Shown here in pieces: positions 15,481 through 33,828 of a DNA stretch of 64,000 nucleotides. Below the pieces are notes generated by a model, which was given only the letters and a program-made list of their open reading frames with translations, searched no databases and was not told the origin of the DNA. Positions within the stretch are counted from its first letter, which is position 1. Every line of letters begins with the position of its first letter. This DNA is from the human T2T-CHM13v2.0 reference genome, Homo sapiens: assembly GCF_009914755.1 (NCBI RefSeq), contig NC_060939.1, one strand, 5' to 3'. Made by a program: the position numbers and the translations under genes.

Positions 15481-15787
15481 GGCCAGGGGTGGTGGCTCAC
15501 ACCTGTAATCCCAGCACTCTGGGAGGCCGAGGAGGGCAGATCACTTGAGATCAGGAGTTCAAGACCAGACTGGGCAACATGGTGAAACCTGGTCTCTACT
15601 AAAAATACAAAACTTAGCTGGGCATGGTGCCACACGCCTGTAGTCCCAGCTACTTGAAGGCTGAGCCACGAGAATTGCTTGAACCTGGGAGGCAGAGGCT
15701 GCAGTGAGCCGATATCATGCCATTGCACTCCAGCCTGGGTGACGGAGCGAGACCCTGTCTCAAAAAAAAAAAAAAAAAAAAAAAAAA
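15481..15787 (+). mobile_element. AluS
   Basis: Full-length, long A tail; left-monomer Alu also at 14998-15131. Confidence 0.95.
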
Positions 15788-17279
15788 GATACACAATTAA
15801 TAAAATGAAGATAAGCCACAAACTGGGAAAAAATATTTCCAATACATATATCTGACAAAATATAACCAGAATATATAAAGAATGCCTACAAATCAATAAT
15901 AAAAGGATTAAGAACCCAATTACAAAATGAGCTAAAGATTTGAAAAGATAATTTACAAAAGAAGACATGGAAATAACCAATAAGCACATGAAAATATGCT
16001 CAATATCATTGATCATCAGGGAAATTTAAATTAAAATCACAGCAAGATATCACTATTCACCCACCAGAATGAAACTAAAAAGAGTAACAATACCCACTGT
16101 TGACAAAGATGTGGGAACTTCTGGCAGCTTCTTTAAGCACACACCTATCTTCTGATCCAGTAATTCTATTCCTAGGGATTTACCCAAGAAAATGAGAACA
16201 TATGTCCACAAAAACACCTTATACAAGAATTTCATAGCAGCTTTACTCATAAAATCCTCAAACTGGAAACAACTCAAATGCCCATCAATAGATTAATGGA
16301 TAAAAAAAATTGTAGTATAGCCACACAATGGAATTCTACTGAAACGTACAGACGAATGAACTACTGAGACACTTGGCAATACTGATCAATCTCACAAACA
16401 TTTCAATGAGTGCAAGGAGCCAGACAAGTAACATTCTGTGTGATCCCAAGCATGCCATCCTCAAGAACACCTGGAACATTGGCTGTTCAGAACAGTGGTT
16501 ACTTATGGGAAAGTGAGGGTGGAGATTGATTAATTGACTAATCTCTTGCCTTAGCCTCCTGAGTAGCTGGGATTATAGATGCATGCACCTCCACACCCAG
16601 CTGACATCTAAATTCTTATTTTACAGCTGCTCGGGGCCAGAGTCTGAGCTAGGCCCTAGATGTCCTTCACATGGTCACAACCTTTACAGTTTCCAAAGCA
16701 CCTTCCCAGCCCTGTTCTAAAGTGTTCCTCACAGGCTCCTTTCCAAGGAGCCAGAATTGTCTGGGTAGGAGGCCAGAGCTGGGATCCAGGGGTCTCTCAC
16801 AGGACCCAGTGTGAGATAGGGTTTTTTTCTACCACCACTGGCCCTAGATGAAACTGTGCTTTTGCGGAGCTGAAGAGGTAAGTAGTGAGTTCCCCTTCCC
16901 TAGAGGTAATCAGGTCAGAGTAGATTGATAATATGTGAATGTTGTAATACAGTGGGTTGGACTTAGTGACCTAAAAAACCTGCTTGCCTTGTACTCTGCC
17001 ATTCAGGGGCTTGCCTGGAGACAGTGGGTTAGCTTTGGGCCCAGATCCTGACTTCAGGTCAGTTTGAGCTCTGCTGCCCCTGGCTAAAATCTCTGCAGCT
17101 CCTGAGAGGACTACCGCTGGCTTGGGCGGACTTGCATTCGGAAGTTATCCAGATCCGTACTCAGAAGTCTAGGACCAGGGTTGGTTTGCCCTAGAGACTC
17201 ACGCTTTCCATGGATGTGCCTGACCCCTTTGATCTTGGGCTCTTGACACCAGCACCTTGATTTCCTGTGGCTTTTACAT

Positions 17280-17810
17280 GATAGTCCCAAATCTGCCCTG
17301 TTCCCACTGGCTTTTAGTCTCTTGAACACTACAAGCTCCATCCCACCTCAGGGCCTTTGCACATGCTGTGCCCATTTCCTAGAAAGTTCTTCCCCTAGCC
17401 AACTCCTACTCCTGTTTCATGTCTCAGTTTAAATGTTGCTTTACCAGGAGAGCCTGCACCAACCCTCAAGACCAAGTCAGATCTTCGTTATATTCTATTT
17501 TTTTTAATTACCGACATTTTAAAAAAATGTTTGTATTGTGGTAAAATACACATAACATAAAATTTTCCATTTGAAATGTTTTTAAGTGTATAATTCAGTG
17601 GCATTGATTATATTCCCTTTTTTTTTTTTATTCATTCATGGCACCTGTCACAATTACAGTTTAATTGTATAATTATTTGTTAATGTCTGTCTCCCCTGCA
17701 AGCATGCAAACTCCTTAAGGTAGAGACTTGTTTTTGTTTTGTTATATTCTTCAGTGCTTAGCGCAATGCCTGATTATTCTACAATAAACAATTTTGAATA
17801 AATGAATGCA
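17280..17810 (+). mobile_element. L2 3' end (short antisense L1 piece at ~17520-17610)
   Basis: ctcagggcctttgcacatgctgt...tgtctgtctcccc...aataaa...tgaataaatgaatg. Confidence 0.75.
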
Positions 17811-19089
17811 TTCTTAACAAAAACAAAGAAAAACAGTAAAGAAACCAAAACATGAAACAACTGTGTTTTTTATATAATGGGAAGTGGGCAGTGGGAGTGG
17901 GAAGAATTTCAGCACTAGAAAGCCCAGATAGTCCATGTTTAAGGACACTTGTGTTCTTTCAGTGACATTCGCCTTACGATTGCCCCTCGTAGGCTAGCAC
18001 ACCCCAGAGAGGCAGAGCGCACTCTCTGTCATCCTGGGAAAGCTCTGTCAGTGGGAACAGCCTTGCTCATGGGGCTTGTAGCAGCCTCCTGCGACCGTTC
18101 CACATCCCTGGCTCTTAGGGGGCTCCTCTCTGCACCCAGTCTTTGGGTAGGCAGCGCCGGGAGAGTCAGCTAGGAGCCCAGAGTGAGTGTGGTCACTTCA
18201 GAGCCTGACAGCCCTCCCTGGGCCAGATGGGACCCTTGGAGCTCCCAAGTCCTGGCCTCCTGCCTCCACCTCACCCCTAGTCCAGCCTGTACTCACTGCT
18301 GCTAGATTCACAAACCCCAAACCAGGCTCTCCCCAGGCTTCTGCTGCTTGCACCCCTCCCAGGGTTCCTGTCTGCCTCCTTCTTTGAGCCTGGCTGCCCT
18401 TAGTCTGGCCACGTCAGCCTCTCTAGGCCCAGGAGTTAGCCGGTCCCCAACCTGACCAGTCTCATGGCCACCCGTAACATCTTCACAATCATGCCTTTGG
18501 TCAGCGCAGCGCCCTGCTTGCCATCCGGGCATCCACAGCCTTTCAAACACAGGATGGACTGTCCTCTTCTGAGGTTCCTTCCAAGCCCTTCCTCCACAAT
18601 GGGCTTCCTTAGGCTCAGGGAGACCGGTGTCTCCACTGGACAGAGGGCTTCCCAGGGTCAGGACCCAGGCCCTGGGCAGGCTCAAGGGGTGTCCCTGATG
18701 GAGGGCATGGTCTACAGCCACAGCCTCAAGGGCACAGAACACAAGCTGCCAGAGCAGGGCCAGTGTTAGCTCAGACCCCACGGGTTTTGCCTCTCCTGGC
18801 CCTGGCCTGGCTGTTTCCTCCGGACACCTGCCCCAGTCACTGGGATCCAGCCCTGCAACTTGTGTGGCAGGGAAGGGAACTCTCGTGGGTCAGGCCAGGG
18901 TGCAAGCCCTCCTCGGGCTCTCAGCCTCCCCTTTCTTCCACCTCCTGTCTTCCCCTCTGCAACACTGGGAAGCAGGGGGAAGATAAGCCCCTCTCAGGCT
19001 ATGGAGGAATGCAGACCCGCCTTTCCCCAGGAGCAGCCACCATGGCCACAAGGTCAGGGCAAACGGGCAGGACTGAGATAGAGCCCTTC

Positions 19090-19428
19090 TGATATGGTCT
19101 GGCTGTGTCCCCACCCAAATCTCATCTGGAATTCCCATGTGTTGTGAGACAGACCAGGTGGGAGGTAATTGCATCATGGGGGCAGGTCCTTCCCGTGCTG
19201 TTCTCGTTACAGTAAGTCGCACAAGATCTGAGGATTATTATAAGGGGGAGTTTTTCTGCTCAAGCTCTCGTCTTGTCTGCTGCCATGTGAGATGTGCCTT
19301 TCGTCTTCTGCCATGATTGTAAGGCCACCTCAGCCACATGGAACTGTAAGTCCAATAAACTTCTTTCTTTTGTAAACTTCCCCGTCTCAGGTATGTCTTT
19401 ATCAGCAGCGGGAAAACAGACTAATACA
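19090..19428 (+). mobile_element. THE1 (MaLR) solo LTR
   Basis: TGATATGGTCTGGCTGTGTCCCCACCCAAATCTC...GACTAATACA with 5-bp TSD CCTTC on both sides. Confidence 0.92.
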
Positions 19429-19519
19429 CCTTCCCTCCTGGAGTTGGCCCAGAGGAGCAGAGAAGCAGAAAGGGGCATCACAATGGTCACAACAATGATC
19501 TCTCTGCCTTATTTATCTA

Positions 19520-20430
<911 letters not shown>

Positions 20431-21065
20431 TCTCTCTGACTTTAGAACAATGTTTTACAAGAATTAAGTTCTTTTCTCACAGCTGCTCTGCAAGAATGTC
20501 AGAGCAGGTTTAGCTTCCCTGTTTGACAGATGGGGAAACTGAGGCTCAGAGAAGGTATCTTGCCAAGGGTCACAGAATGGGTTAGGAGCAGAGCTGGACT
20601 GGAACCCAAGGCATGTGACCTCCAGCCTGCTGCTAAGAGTGTTGCTATGAGAGTTACTATGCCTGTGATGGGTAACTCTTATGCTTTGAAAACATTTTCA
20701 TACACATTAGCTGATGGAATCCACCCAATTTTTCTGCAATGTCAATGAAGTTCAGGCGTTGTATATTTATTTGTACAGAGGATGCTATTGAGGCTCAGAA
20801 AGGTTAAACAATGTATCCAAAGTCACTCAGCAAGAAAGTAGTAGAACTGACACTCCAACTCTTGGGTTTTTAGCCTTTCTCTTTCCCTACGGGGTCCCAA
20901 GACCCATTTACCCTTTCAGGAGGGAGTCCTTCTCTGCACAAGCCTAGGGTTCTGCCTCAAGTTTGCCTACTTTCCTTCAGTGATGTCTGCAAAACAAGCC
21001 CAGTCCTCTGTGAGCTTTGCAGGGCACACAGGACCCTCTGCCACCCCTTTTCACCACAGGCCTGA

Positions 21066-21523
<458 letters not shown>

Positions 21524-22913
21524 TCTGGACATATTTCGATGTGCTCCTCTGAGCATCTCGCCTGGCCTTCCTGCTCTCTGAGCCCACAGACCCCAGGGAG
21601 GAGGGGAGGTGCCAGGACACCAGGGCCCAGAGGAGATCCTGAATCTGCCCTTGGGTGAGGAAGTCAGTCCAGCTTTCTTCCAGGGGCCCTTGACCCTCTG
21701 TGCACCTGACCTATGCCCAGGGAGGGGCTTGCCCTCATGCTCTTGGAGGCTTTGCAGGGAAGAGTCCCTGCTTCTGGAAGAACAGGAGTCCACTTTGGAT
21801 TAGCAGGGTTCTCTGGAGACCCAGGGCAGGGCCCAGATGCCAGCCCTCGGAGGGGCCTCTGCATCTCTGAGGCGCATTAACATCTGTTCCCATTTCCCTC
21901 TATCTTCCTTCCCCATAACCTTCCATCAGGACAGGGGCTGTAGTCTTGGTAGCTCAGACACTGGCAATTCCTCCCCATTACTACAGAGGACTTGGACCCT
22001 GGTATTTAGCCCCTGTCCTCCCCAGTTCTATGCTTCCGCCACCCAGACCTCTCCCATCCCCAAACTTCCTGTCTTGCTTTGTTAGGTCGTTCTCTCTGCC
22101 CACTGCTCTTGGCTCCACTCTGACCGTCAAGGTCCATCTCAGGCGCCCCAGTTAGAAACCTCCTTCTCTCTGCCCCTTCGCCTGCGCCCCTCCTGGACAC
22201 AAATCACAGATGTTGGGGTCCTGGAGTTCCGTGTGTGTGTGTGTGCGCGTGCGCCTGCCTTCTTCCTGCCTTCTGGCCAGGGCATCCCAGGGCTGGGACT
22301 GAGTCTCATCTTCTCAGGATCCCCTACTCCCTGGATGGACAGGGCCTGGGCCAGGGTGGGCATTGGTGAATGCCTGATACGTTGAATCCACTTCCTCTAA
22401 ATCACAGATTACTGGAATATATACAGTGGAAGGGCTTTAGGGAAACCTCAGCCACTGCACTCATATTCAGACAGGGAAGCTACAGCCCACGGAGGGCAAA
22501 GGCACTTGCCAAGGTCACGCAGCAAACTGGAGCGGGAACCTCTGGGTCCCCACCAAAACTTATCTGTCTTTGACCCCCGCAGGCAAAAGTCCCCCTTGAG
22601 GAGACAGGGAAACATTCTTGACTGAAAAATTCCTCCTCCATCCAACTGAGATCCAACTGGTCTCCAACTGCAGCCCCAGCTCATACCCCTGGGATGTGCC
22701 TCATTCTTTGATGAGCCTTTCTTAGCCATGCTAAGTAGCCCTCCAAATGACCAGTTTTTCCATCTTACGGATCGCCCAGATCCTTCCCTTCATTTCCCAG
22801 GTGAAGAAACTGAGGCTCAGAGAGAGAAGCAGCTTGCCCAAGTTCACACAGCAGAGCAAAGTCTAGAACTCGGCCCACAGGTGCAGTGTGCAGAAACCCA
22901 ACCAATGACTTAC

Positions 22914-23044
22914 CTGGTTTTCAATTTTTCTTGGGTGGTCCTCACAATCATGTCCTGCCGGCTCTCCTGTGGGGTCTCTCTGCTGTCCAGCATGCTGGGG
23001 TCCCCGTGTGGGCAGCCGTATCCAGCTCCAGAATTGCGTGGCAT
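22914..23044 (-). CDS. ACSBG1: ACSBG1 (acyl-CoA synthetase bubblegum family member 1), first coding exon; gene continues leftwards beyond the window
   Basis: Reverse complement reads ATG CCA CGC AAT TCT... = MPRNSGAGYGCPHGDPSMLDSRETPQESRQDMIVRTTQEKLKT, the ACSBG1 N-terminus as I recall it. It ends at a consensus donor AG|gtaagt (131 nt, phase 2). Not in the ORF track because it is a short exon. Confidence 0.95.
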
Positions 23045-23150
23045 CTGCCTCGGGCTTCCACTGAAGACAGCTCAGTCACCCACTGAGAGAGGCTAGCCTT
23101 GAGTGAGCAGTGGGGGTGGGCATGGGGCAGGGGAGGCGGCAACTAGAGTG
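23045..23150 (-). promoter_or_regulatory. ACSBG1: ACSBG1 5'UTR / proximal promoter (non-CpG-island, G-rich Sp/KLF-type boxes)
   Basis: Immediately upstream of the ATG; GGGGGTGGGG and GGGGAGGCGG boxes at ~23112-23139; exact TSS not determinable. Confidence 0.55.
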
Positions 23151-23835
23151 ACCCAAAGAGGCTCATTTCCTCTCTATTTTTAGAAGCTCAAAAAAAATTG
23201 CTCCTCAGTGAAGTTTCTCAGAATTAAAACTTTCCTTTTCTTTGTGGTTTTGTTTCTCTCAAGATGAGGAGAATTTCAATGAAGCCAGTGTTCTTTTTGA
23301 TGCAAATCCGCTCCGCTTCTCCCAGGAGGTCTGGCCAATGGGCTCAGGGCTTCTGGGCCCCCAGAAAACCTCCTCACTGGCTTTAAAAGGTCATAGTGGT
23401 TCTCAGCACAAATCCAGACCCAGATCCTGAAGTGGCTGCTACCCCTGGCTGCATACACTCTGCAACCTTGACTTGCGGTCTGCCGAATGCTGCCCTGGGA
23501 GGGATCTCACCCACTCAGTCCCCCTCCCCCAGGTCCTGCATGGAGGCTGGAGACCCAAGGAGGGAGCCCACCCCGGGGGAAGGAAGGAGACATTTCCAAC
23601 ACTGAGACCACGCCACATGGTCTATAGAAGCAGTTGCACTGAAGACATGATAGAGGCAACCGAGGAATGTGACTTTCCAGGGACACATGAATAGAAGCCT
23701 GGATCTGTCCCTTCTTCTAAAGGAAAGAAGCATGTTAAGGGGGGCGGGGGGGTTTCAGGCAGCCATAAAGAGATGGGAAATTCACACAGGACAAGGCCTT
23801 TTTCTGAATACCAAAAGTCTCCCCTCTAAGACCAT

Positions 23836-25010
<1,175 letters not shown>

Positions 25011-26089
25011 ATATACATTGTGTACAGGAGGTGTTAGTGGGGATACCTATGAGATGTCCCCAAGAAGAAATAGGTCCAGTTGGGCCACAGGTGATGCTGT
25101 CTGGTGAAGGCAGGTGACTGAGAAAAAGCTGGGCTGCCTTCTAACAAACTCAGGGCACAGGCCACAGGCCCCCAAATGCTGCCTTCCTAATGCTGTTGAA
25201 GGTACACTGAGCAGGTCGTCTGGGGTCTAGCTGCAAGGCCTGAATCTCCCACTGACACGCCCTCAACCACGATCTTGGGCAGATCTCGGCCCTCTCCTGG
25301 CCTCAGTTTTAACTGCTTGAATCATGAGGGTGATGGCCTGAGGTGGGCCAAAGTGGCCACCAGCTCCAACTGGACGTGAGAAGGTGATGGGGAGTCCTTT
25401 GCCCATGGGCTGATTGGAGGGATCGAATGAGTCACCACTGTAAGTGACAAGTCAGTGTCTCCCCACCCGAGGAGAATCATAATCAGAGAAAAAGACATAG
25501 AATGCTCAGCTCTGAAGTTCAAAAGCCTTGGTCAATATGAAAGCCTGGGAAGGTTCGGAAAAATGTGTAAGTTGTTCATTCCCAACTCCCCTTCCTTCCC
25601 CATCCCTCAGATTCTTATAGATCCAGGGAACCAGGAAGGGGAAGAGAGTCCAAACAGAAGCAAGGCCCTGGGGAGGGCCTTAAGAAGACCTCCCTTGGGC
25701 AGATCTTCCAGGTCTGAGCATATCAGGGACCTGAGGTGGCCCAAGAAAGCGACAGGGCCCCAGAGTGCTCAGCGCAGGCCACAGAGAAAAGATGGCTTCA
25801 AGGAACCAAAAGCAAAAAGGCCCGGCACACCCTCTCGCCAGGGCAGGCAGTGAACTGAGGGTCAGGTGGCTGCTGGAGGAGAAAGTTGGTGGGCTGGCAA
25901 CAGAGGCTGATAGGAACAAGGTCATTCTGCAGTCACTGCGAGGAGGGCTGACCCCACCTGGGAACCAGGACAAAGGCAATATATCAACAGAAGCTCAAGG
26001 CTGGGACATGGTGCTGAAAAGGTCAGGCTGTAGTGGAGTCTGATTTGGCTGAACTTTTTAAATGGTTCATTTCATTTTGAAAAATAAAT

Positions 26090-26505
26090 ACAAGCAATAT
26101 GCCAGTTATGTCCAGATTCCCTCTCTACTCTCTCCCCTGGTTCTGTCCCCAGAGCTGCCCTGTGTGAGCCTCCCTTGGGCTCCCGGCCTCTGGCCTCTGG
26201 TTGTCAGGCCAATGCCAGGTGGTGGCAGGACAGCAGAAGGTAGAGAGAAAGAAAGGTTGGAGTTTTTATTCCTCTCCTTCCCTCCCGGCTGGCCACACTT
26301 TTGGCAGCAGCAGCCCCTCCAGCCAGCTCTGGCCTCAGGGGGAACAGTTCCTCCCCAGCTCCTTCAGGTCAGAAGTGTCTACCTCCCTGCAGCTGCCTCA
26401 CCATCCCCTGTGGCTCCCTTAACACTGTCCTCACCTGTCCCTTCATTTTCTTCACCTGCCATTTTTAAGGGGCCATCTCTTGCAGAAAGAACCCTGATTG
26501 ATACA
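26090..26505 (-). mobile_element. Ancient ERVL LTR (LTR33-like)
   Basis: Degenerate similarity to LTR33 from recall (ggttgtcaggccaatg...gtttttattcc). Confidence 0.45.
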
Positions 26506-26519
26506 GTGGAACATGAAAA

Positions 26520-27460
<941 letters not shown>

Positions 27461-27507
27461 GGACTTGACTAAGTTTAAACTTGAAAATGACAGAGTTTTT
27501 GCGAAAC

Positions 27508-28579
<1,072 letters not shown>

Positions 28580-28804
28580 AAACCAACAGATTAAATGTCC
28601 TGCCATTAGGAGGAAGGGTGGAGAGCTGTAAAAAAAAAATTTTTTCCATTGAGTTACAGAAAATAAAACTGCAGTTTTGCCCACCTGAGTTTGTCGATTG
28701 AGGAAGTTTGTGCCTGCTATGCGTGTAAGGCCAAATGCCTCTGCACCAGCCTCTACTGTCATCGAAGTGATTGCTGCCCTCACTGGTTTTCAACTTCAAG
28801 AATT

Positions 28805-29099
28805 GGCTGGGTGTGGTGGCTCATGCCTAGCACTTTGGGAAGCTGAGGCAGGTTGACTGCCTGAGCTCAGGAGTTCGAGACCAGCCTGGGCAACACAGTG
28901 AAACCCCATCTCTACTAAAATACAAAAAATTAGCTGGCGTGGTGCTGTGCACCTGTAATCCCAGCTACTCAGGAGGCTGAGGCAGGAGAATTGCTAGAAG
29001 CCGGGAGGCGGAAGTTGCAGTGAGCCAAGATCACGCCACTGCACTCCAGCCTGGGCAACAGAGTGAGACTCCATCTCTTAAAAAAAAAAAAAAAAAAAA
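28805..29099 (+). mobile_element. AluS
   Basis: Full-length with A tail. Confidence 0.93.
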
Positions 29100-29943
29100 T
29101 CAAGACCACTATTTTCCAATCAATTTCTTTATCACCTTCATTAGTTTTGCCATATTTGGTTTCCTCAGGGGTATAGTACATTATTTACTATTTTTCAACT
29201 CCATTTTATAATTTAAAAATGAAATAGCTTTATTCTAAGCAATTGAAGAACTTGTTATATAAATATATACAGATATTTCCCAATGCATGTTGAAATTAAC
29301 ATGAAACTACCTTTTCTTCTTTCTTTTTGAGAGATTGAGGGGGGGTCTCATCATGTTGCTCGGGCTGGTCTTGAACTCCTGGGGTCAAGCAATCAGCCTG
29401 CCTCCCACAACAAAGAGATATTAAGTGTTTTGTTTTTGTTTTTAAAAGCCTTTAAAAAGGCTTGGGTGGGAGGGTCATTGCTGTATGTTTTCAGCATTAG
29501 CTTTTCTGGGCCACTTTTTTGTTATCATGCGTATGTATTACCAGGAGACGATTTTTTTTTTCTTTTTAAATTTCAAAATACTGCACCTGGGGCTCTGGAT
29601 TGAGGCCTCGCAGTCGTCTCTGGGTGCAGGACGAGCAGGAGAACAATGGGCCTCTGCTGACCCCTGCTGGCCAGAGCGCCTCCCACCCACCCAGGTCTCC
29701 ACAGGACTGGGATCTTGCGCCACTGCCTCCATCCCCAGAAACAGCCGTCCTTCCTCCCCTGCCCCCAGAAGGCCTCCGGCAGCCACCACAGTGTGCTCTG
29801 GACATCGAGTCTGGGGCCCGGCTGGGAGACCCTTGTGCTCCAGAGGGCGCTGAGGCTCTGGGCTGCATTTGTGTCCCCTCTGGCCCTGTCTACATCGAGT
29901 GGGTGGGGTGTGAGTCCTGGGATCAGAGTATCCTCCAGCTCTA

Positions 29944-30220
<277 letters not shown>

Positions 30221-31312
30221 TAAAACCCAGAGATTTTTGGAGATTCAAACTCCTCTCCCAGGGACTCACATTCTCTGAGCTATGGGTCACCAGGGCAGAG
30301 CTTTCCTGAGAGGAGGGGCAGAAGAACGTAGCACATAGAGGATTCTAACCTGCCAGGACTGAGCTGGGAGTGGGCAATGGAGACCACGGAGGATGGAGGC
30401 CTTTGGAGGATTAGGGAAGGAGGAGGAAGGGAGGGAACCCAGATGTCTGGGCAACCTCTGCAGAGGAGGCACCTTCTTTTCTCACCTGGAAAGACCTGGA
30501 TCAAGGGCCACGTGACCCGTATTCTCCAGATCTGCACCATATAGGGCAGGGGTGGAACACACTGGTTTTTGGATTTGCACCATGACCCAAGCCAAGTCAC
30601 CTCTCTGAGTCTCAGTTTCCTCCTCTGTAAAATGGAGAGTCCTGATTACCAGGGGCAGAACCCCTAACTGAAACCAGCAGAGACAAAAAGGACCACGAGA
30701 TGATGGGTGCAATGCAGGACAGGGTGAATAACTAAACACAAAGGGGCGAGGGGTGCTCTGCCACTGGGAAGGATCCCCCTTCTCCACCTCCCTTATGAGG
30801 GAGTGAATCTCATGGCTCACTCTGCACTGGCTCCCTCCTGTGGAGAGACCGGGGATAGGAAGACAGCCGTAAGTTCCCCGGCTTTCTCCCCTCAACAGAA
30901 TGGTCCAAAGTGCAGCACACACAACCTGTCTGGGTCACCTACATGACATAGCAAAGAGCTATGTTTCCTTGTGCAATGAAGAACAGCTCAGAAATGCAAC
31001 TACCTTCTATTTATTTGCTTTCCTTCCTTTTCTGCCTCATGTCTTTTTTTTTTCCCTGATTCTTGTGCCCTAGAATTCCACTTCCAATAAAGCCTTAGGA
31101 CATAAACTTTGCCTTGGGCTCTGTTTTCTAGAGCATCTGGGATGAGATAGATGCTTATAAGCTGTTTGACCTTGGATACATGACTTAACCTCTCTGTGCT
31201 TCAGTTTTCTTATTTGTAAAATGGAGTCATGATTCCTAGTTCATGAGGTTGCAGCGAGTTAAGTCTACTGAAGGCACTTAGAGTGGTATGTAAACATCCA
31301 GTTAGAATTCAT

Positions 31313-31602
31313 TGCCAGGTGCAGGGGCCTACACTTGTAATCCTGGCACTTTGAGAGGCTGAGGGGGGATTGCTTGAGTCCAGGAGCTTGAGACCAGCCT
31401 AGAGACCTTGTCTCTACAAAAAAAAAAAAAAAAAAAATTAGTTGGGCATGGTGGCACATGCCAATAATCCCAGCTACTCAGGAGGCTGAAGCGGGGAGGA
31501 CTGCTTGAGCCTGGGAGTTTTAGGCTGCAGTGGGCCAAGATTGTGGCACTGCACTCAGCCTGAATGACAGAGCAAGACCCCGTCTCAAAAAAAAAAAAAA
31601 AA
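31313..31602 (+). mobile_element. AluJ
   Basis: Diverged dimer with A tail. Confidence 0.9.
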
Positions 31603-33828
31603 GAAAACAGAAAAAAAAAGTATTCACTGTTTTTAGTATCCTGGGGCCTGAGAATGCTCTGGACATTGGGACAGAGGCAGCTCATTGGCAAAAAAAATGG
31701 AGATTTGAATGACTCTCCAGGGATCTCATCACGACAGAGCCACGCAGCTGAGGATGTCTGTTGCTACCCAGGCTGCACCTTCCACGCTGGCTGCCCCTGA
31801 CCTTAGGCAGTGGCCTGAGGCTGGGGAAGGAACACTGGATTGAGAGTCAACAGGACTTGGTTCCAGCTTGCATGACCCTGGGGGAAGCCTCCACATCGCA
31901 GAAGCCCAGTTTCCTCACCTGTAAATGACTACATTGATTGAACAGAAACCCAGTGAGCACTTAGCCCAGATGGGGTCTGTGAATGTCACACCTGGAAGGG
32001 CTTAGAAACACTTCTAGCATTCTGCCTTCCTTTTAGATGAGAAAACTGGGGCCCTGAGAGAGGAAATAACCTGGCCAGGGCGAGGGAGAGGGCTTGTGGA
32101 TTAGACAGGGACAGAGGAGGTGTGGCAGGGGGAGGGGATATGCAAATTCCTTTCTCAGCGCCTGAGCACTAGCCTGGGAATACCTGGGAATAACTTCCTC
32201 TGGCACAGACCCCCAACATCAGGGACCTCAGAAAGCGGTATCTTTTCTGAATCTGGGGACCCCTCCAGGTTCGGCTTGGGCCAGCGGATGTGGCTGGGAA
32301 TGGGAAGCCAAGGCCCAGGAGTCCTGGCAAACGGCCCAGACAGCCAGAAGCCAGGGCCAGCACAGGCTGGGGCAGATCAGTGCTGCTCACCAAGGGGCTG
32401 GACAGCCAAGCATGGAGAACTTGCTCCCCTGCTCAAACCCCATGTCCTACTTAATGACAAACTTCTAAGGCCAGGAAATGGGGGGCTGGGGGAACATCTT
32501 CAGCTGAGCCAGGCTGGGGCCCTCTGAGATTCCAGCTGAGTGTTGCCCCCACCCTCCTTGTTGATGTCCAGAGGACAATTGCTGGGAAGAAAAGAGTGCC
32601 CAGATGAGTTTGCACTCAGGTGTGAGAGGTGCTTCCTGGACTTCCAGAACAAGGGAGGAGAGGGGAAGGAGGAGACACTGGTGTCCAGAGCCATGCCAGA
32701 CATTCACCTCCAAGGCTTCATGTGTGCTTCATGATAGTCCTGCCAGAAGGCATTATTATAACCCTCCATTGTGCAAATAGGGACCTGAGAGGGCTGCGGC
32801 ATGCCAACGTGCCATAGTAAGCCAGTTTCAGAACATACACAGGGTGACCTCTGACCCAGGCCTCTTATCTCCAGGGCCAAGGGTGGGGTAAGAGCTCAGA
32901 GGAGGGCTCTGCAGCTATAGGGTGATGAGTGCGTGGTGGTTGCATTGACCGTGGGAATGGGCCTTTCTCTGCTTGTTCTCAAGGAGACCAGAGGAACTCA
33001 TCGTGCAGGGCAGTTACAGCTGAATGAATTCGTGCTCTTTTCTGTCATGTTACCCAAGGCTCTAAAAAAGTTTTTTTTTCCTTCTCCCCAAACAGGAATT
33101 TGATCACCCCAATAGACCACTCTTGCCTGATAGGACTTTGGGAGCTTCATTATTTATGAGGGTCTCTCTCAGGCAGAACCCAACCAGACCTTGCCCCCAC
33201 TCCAAGATAGAGCAAAGCCCCTATCACAGCCTGGAGAAGAGCTGCCATCCTGGATGCTTGGGAACAGCTGGAGTCAGCCTTGATCAGCCCTCTCTGCGGA
33301 CTCAGGAGGGTCCTTGGCAAGAAGAGTCGTCCCATCCCCAGGAACCATCAGCATCTCTGACGTCCTTCAGAGCCTGAACATCTCGGTAAAGAACATTCAC
33401 ACTGCAGGGCCATGGAGGCCAAAGAGAGTGACACAAAGAGAGACGGGGTGCGGAGAGCCCTTGAGTTGCTACTTGAGGGCTGGGCCCAGGTAGAGATTGC
33501 AGACACCCCACCGCCTCCTCCCACTCCAGCTTCCCACATTTCTCTCCTCTGGGAAGCCTTTCTAGACACCCCCACATTCCCCAACTTCCTCATATAGTCC
33601 ATGGAGACTCCCCCACCGCCTGCTACTCTCAGCTAAACTGCCACTTCTGCTCAGCTTGGAGCCACAGGAGCCTGGCTTCTCTGCTGGCCTCGTGGTCTGA
33701 CCACACTCAGACAGATGCGCATGAATAAATGTGACCATGTATCCATCCCTCCAACACAAATTAACAAGCACCTATCATTTGCAGGGAACACTTTGGGGGC
33801 ACAGGGATGAATAATACTGGCGTACCTA

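Noticed and set aside
15381-16016. 211-aa hydrophobic ORF
   Set aside because: Antisense L1 plus Alu; hydrophobicity comes from T-rich sequence
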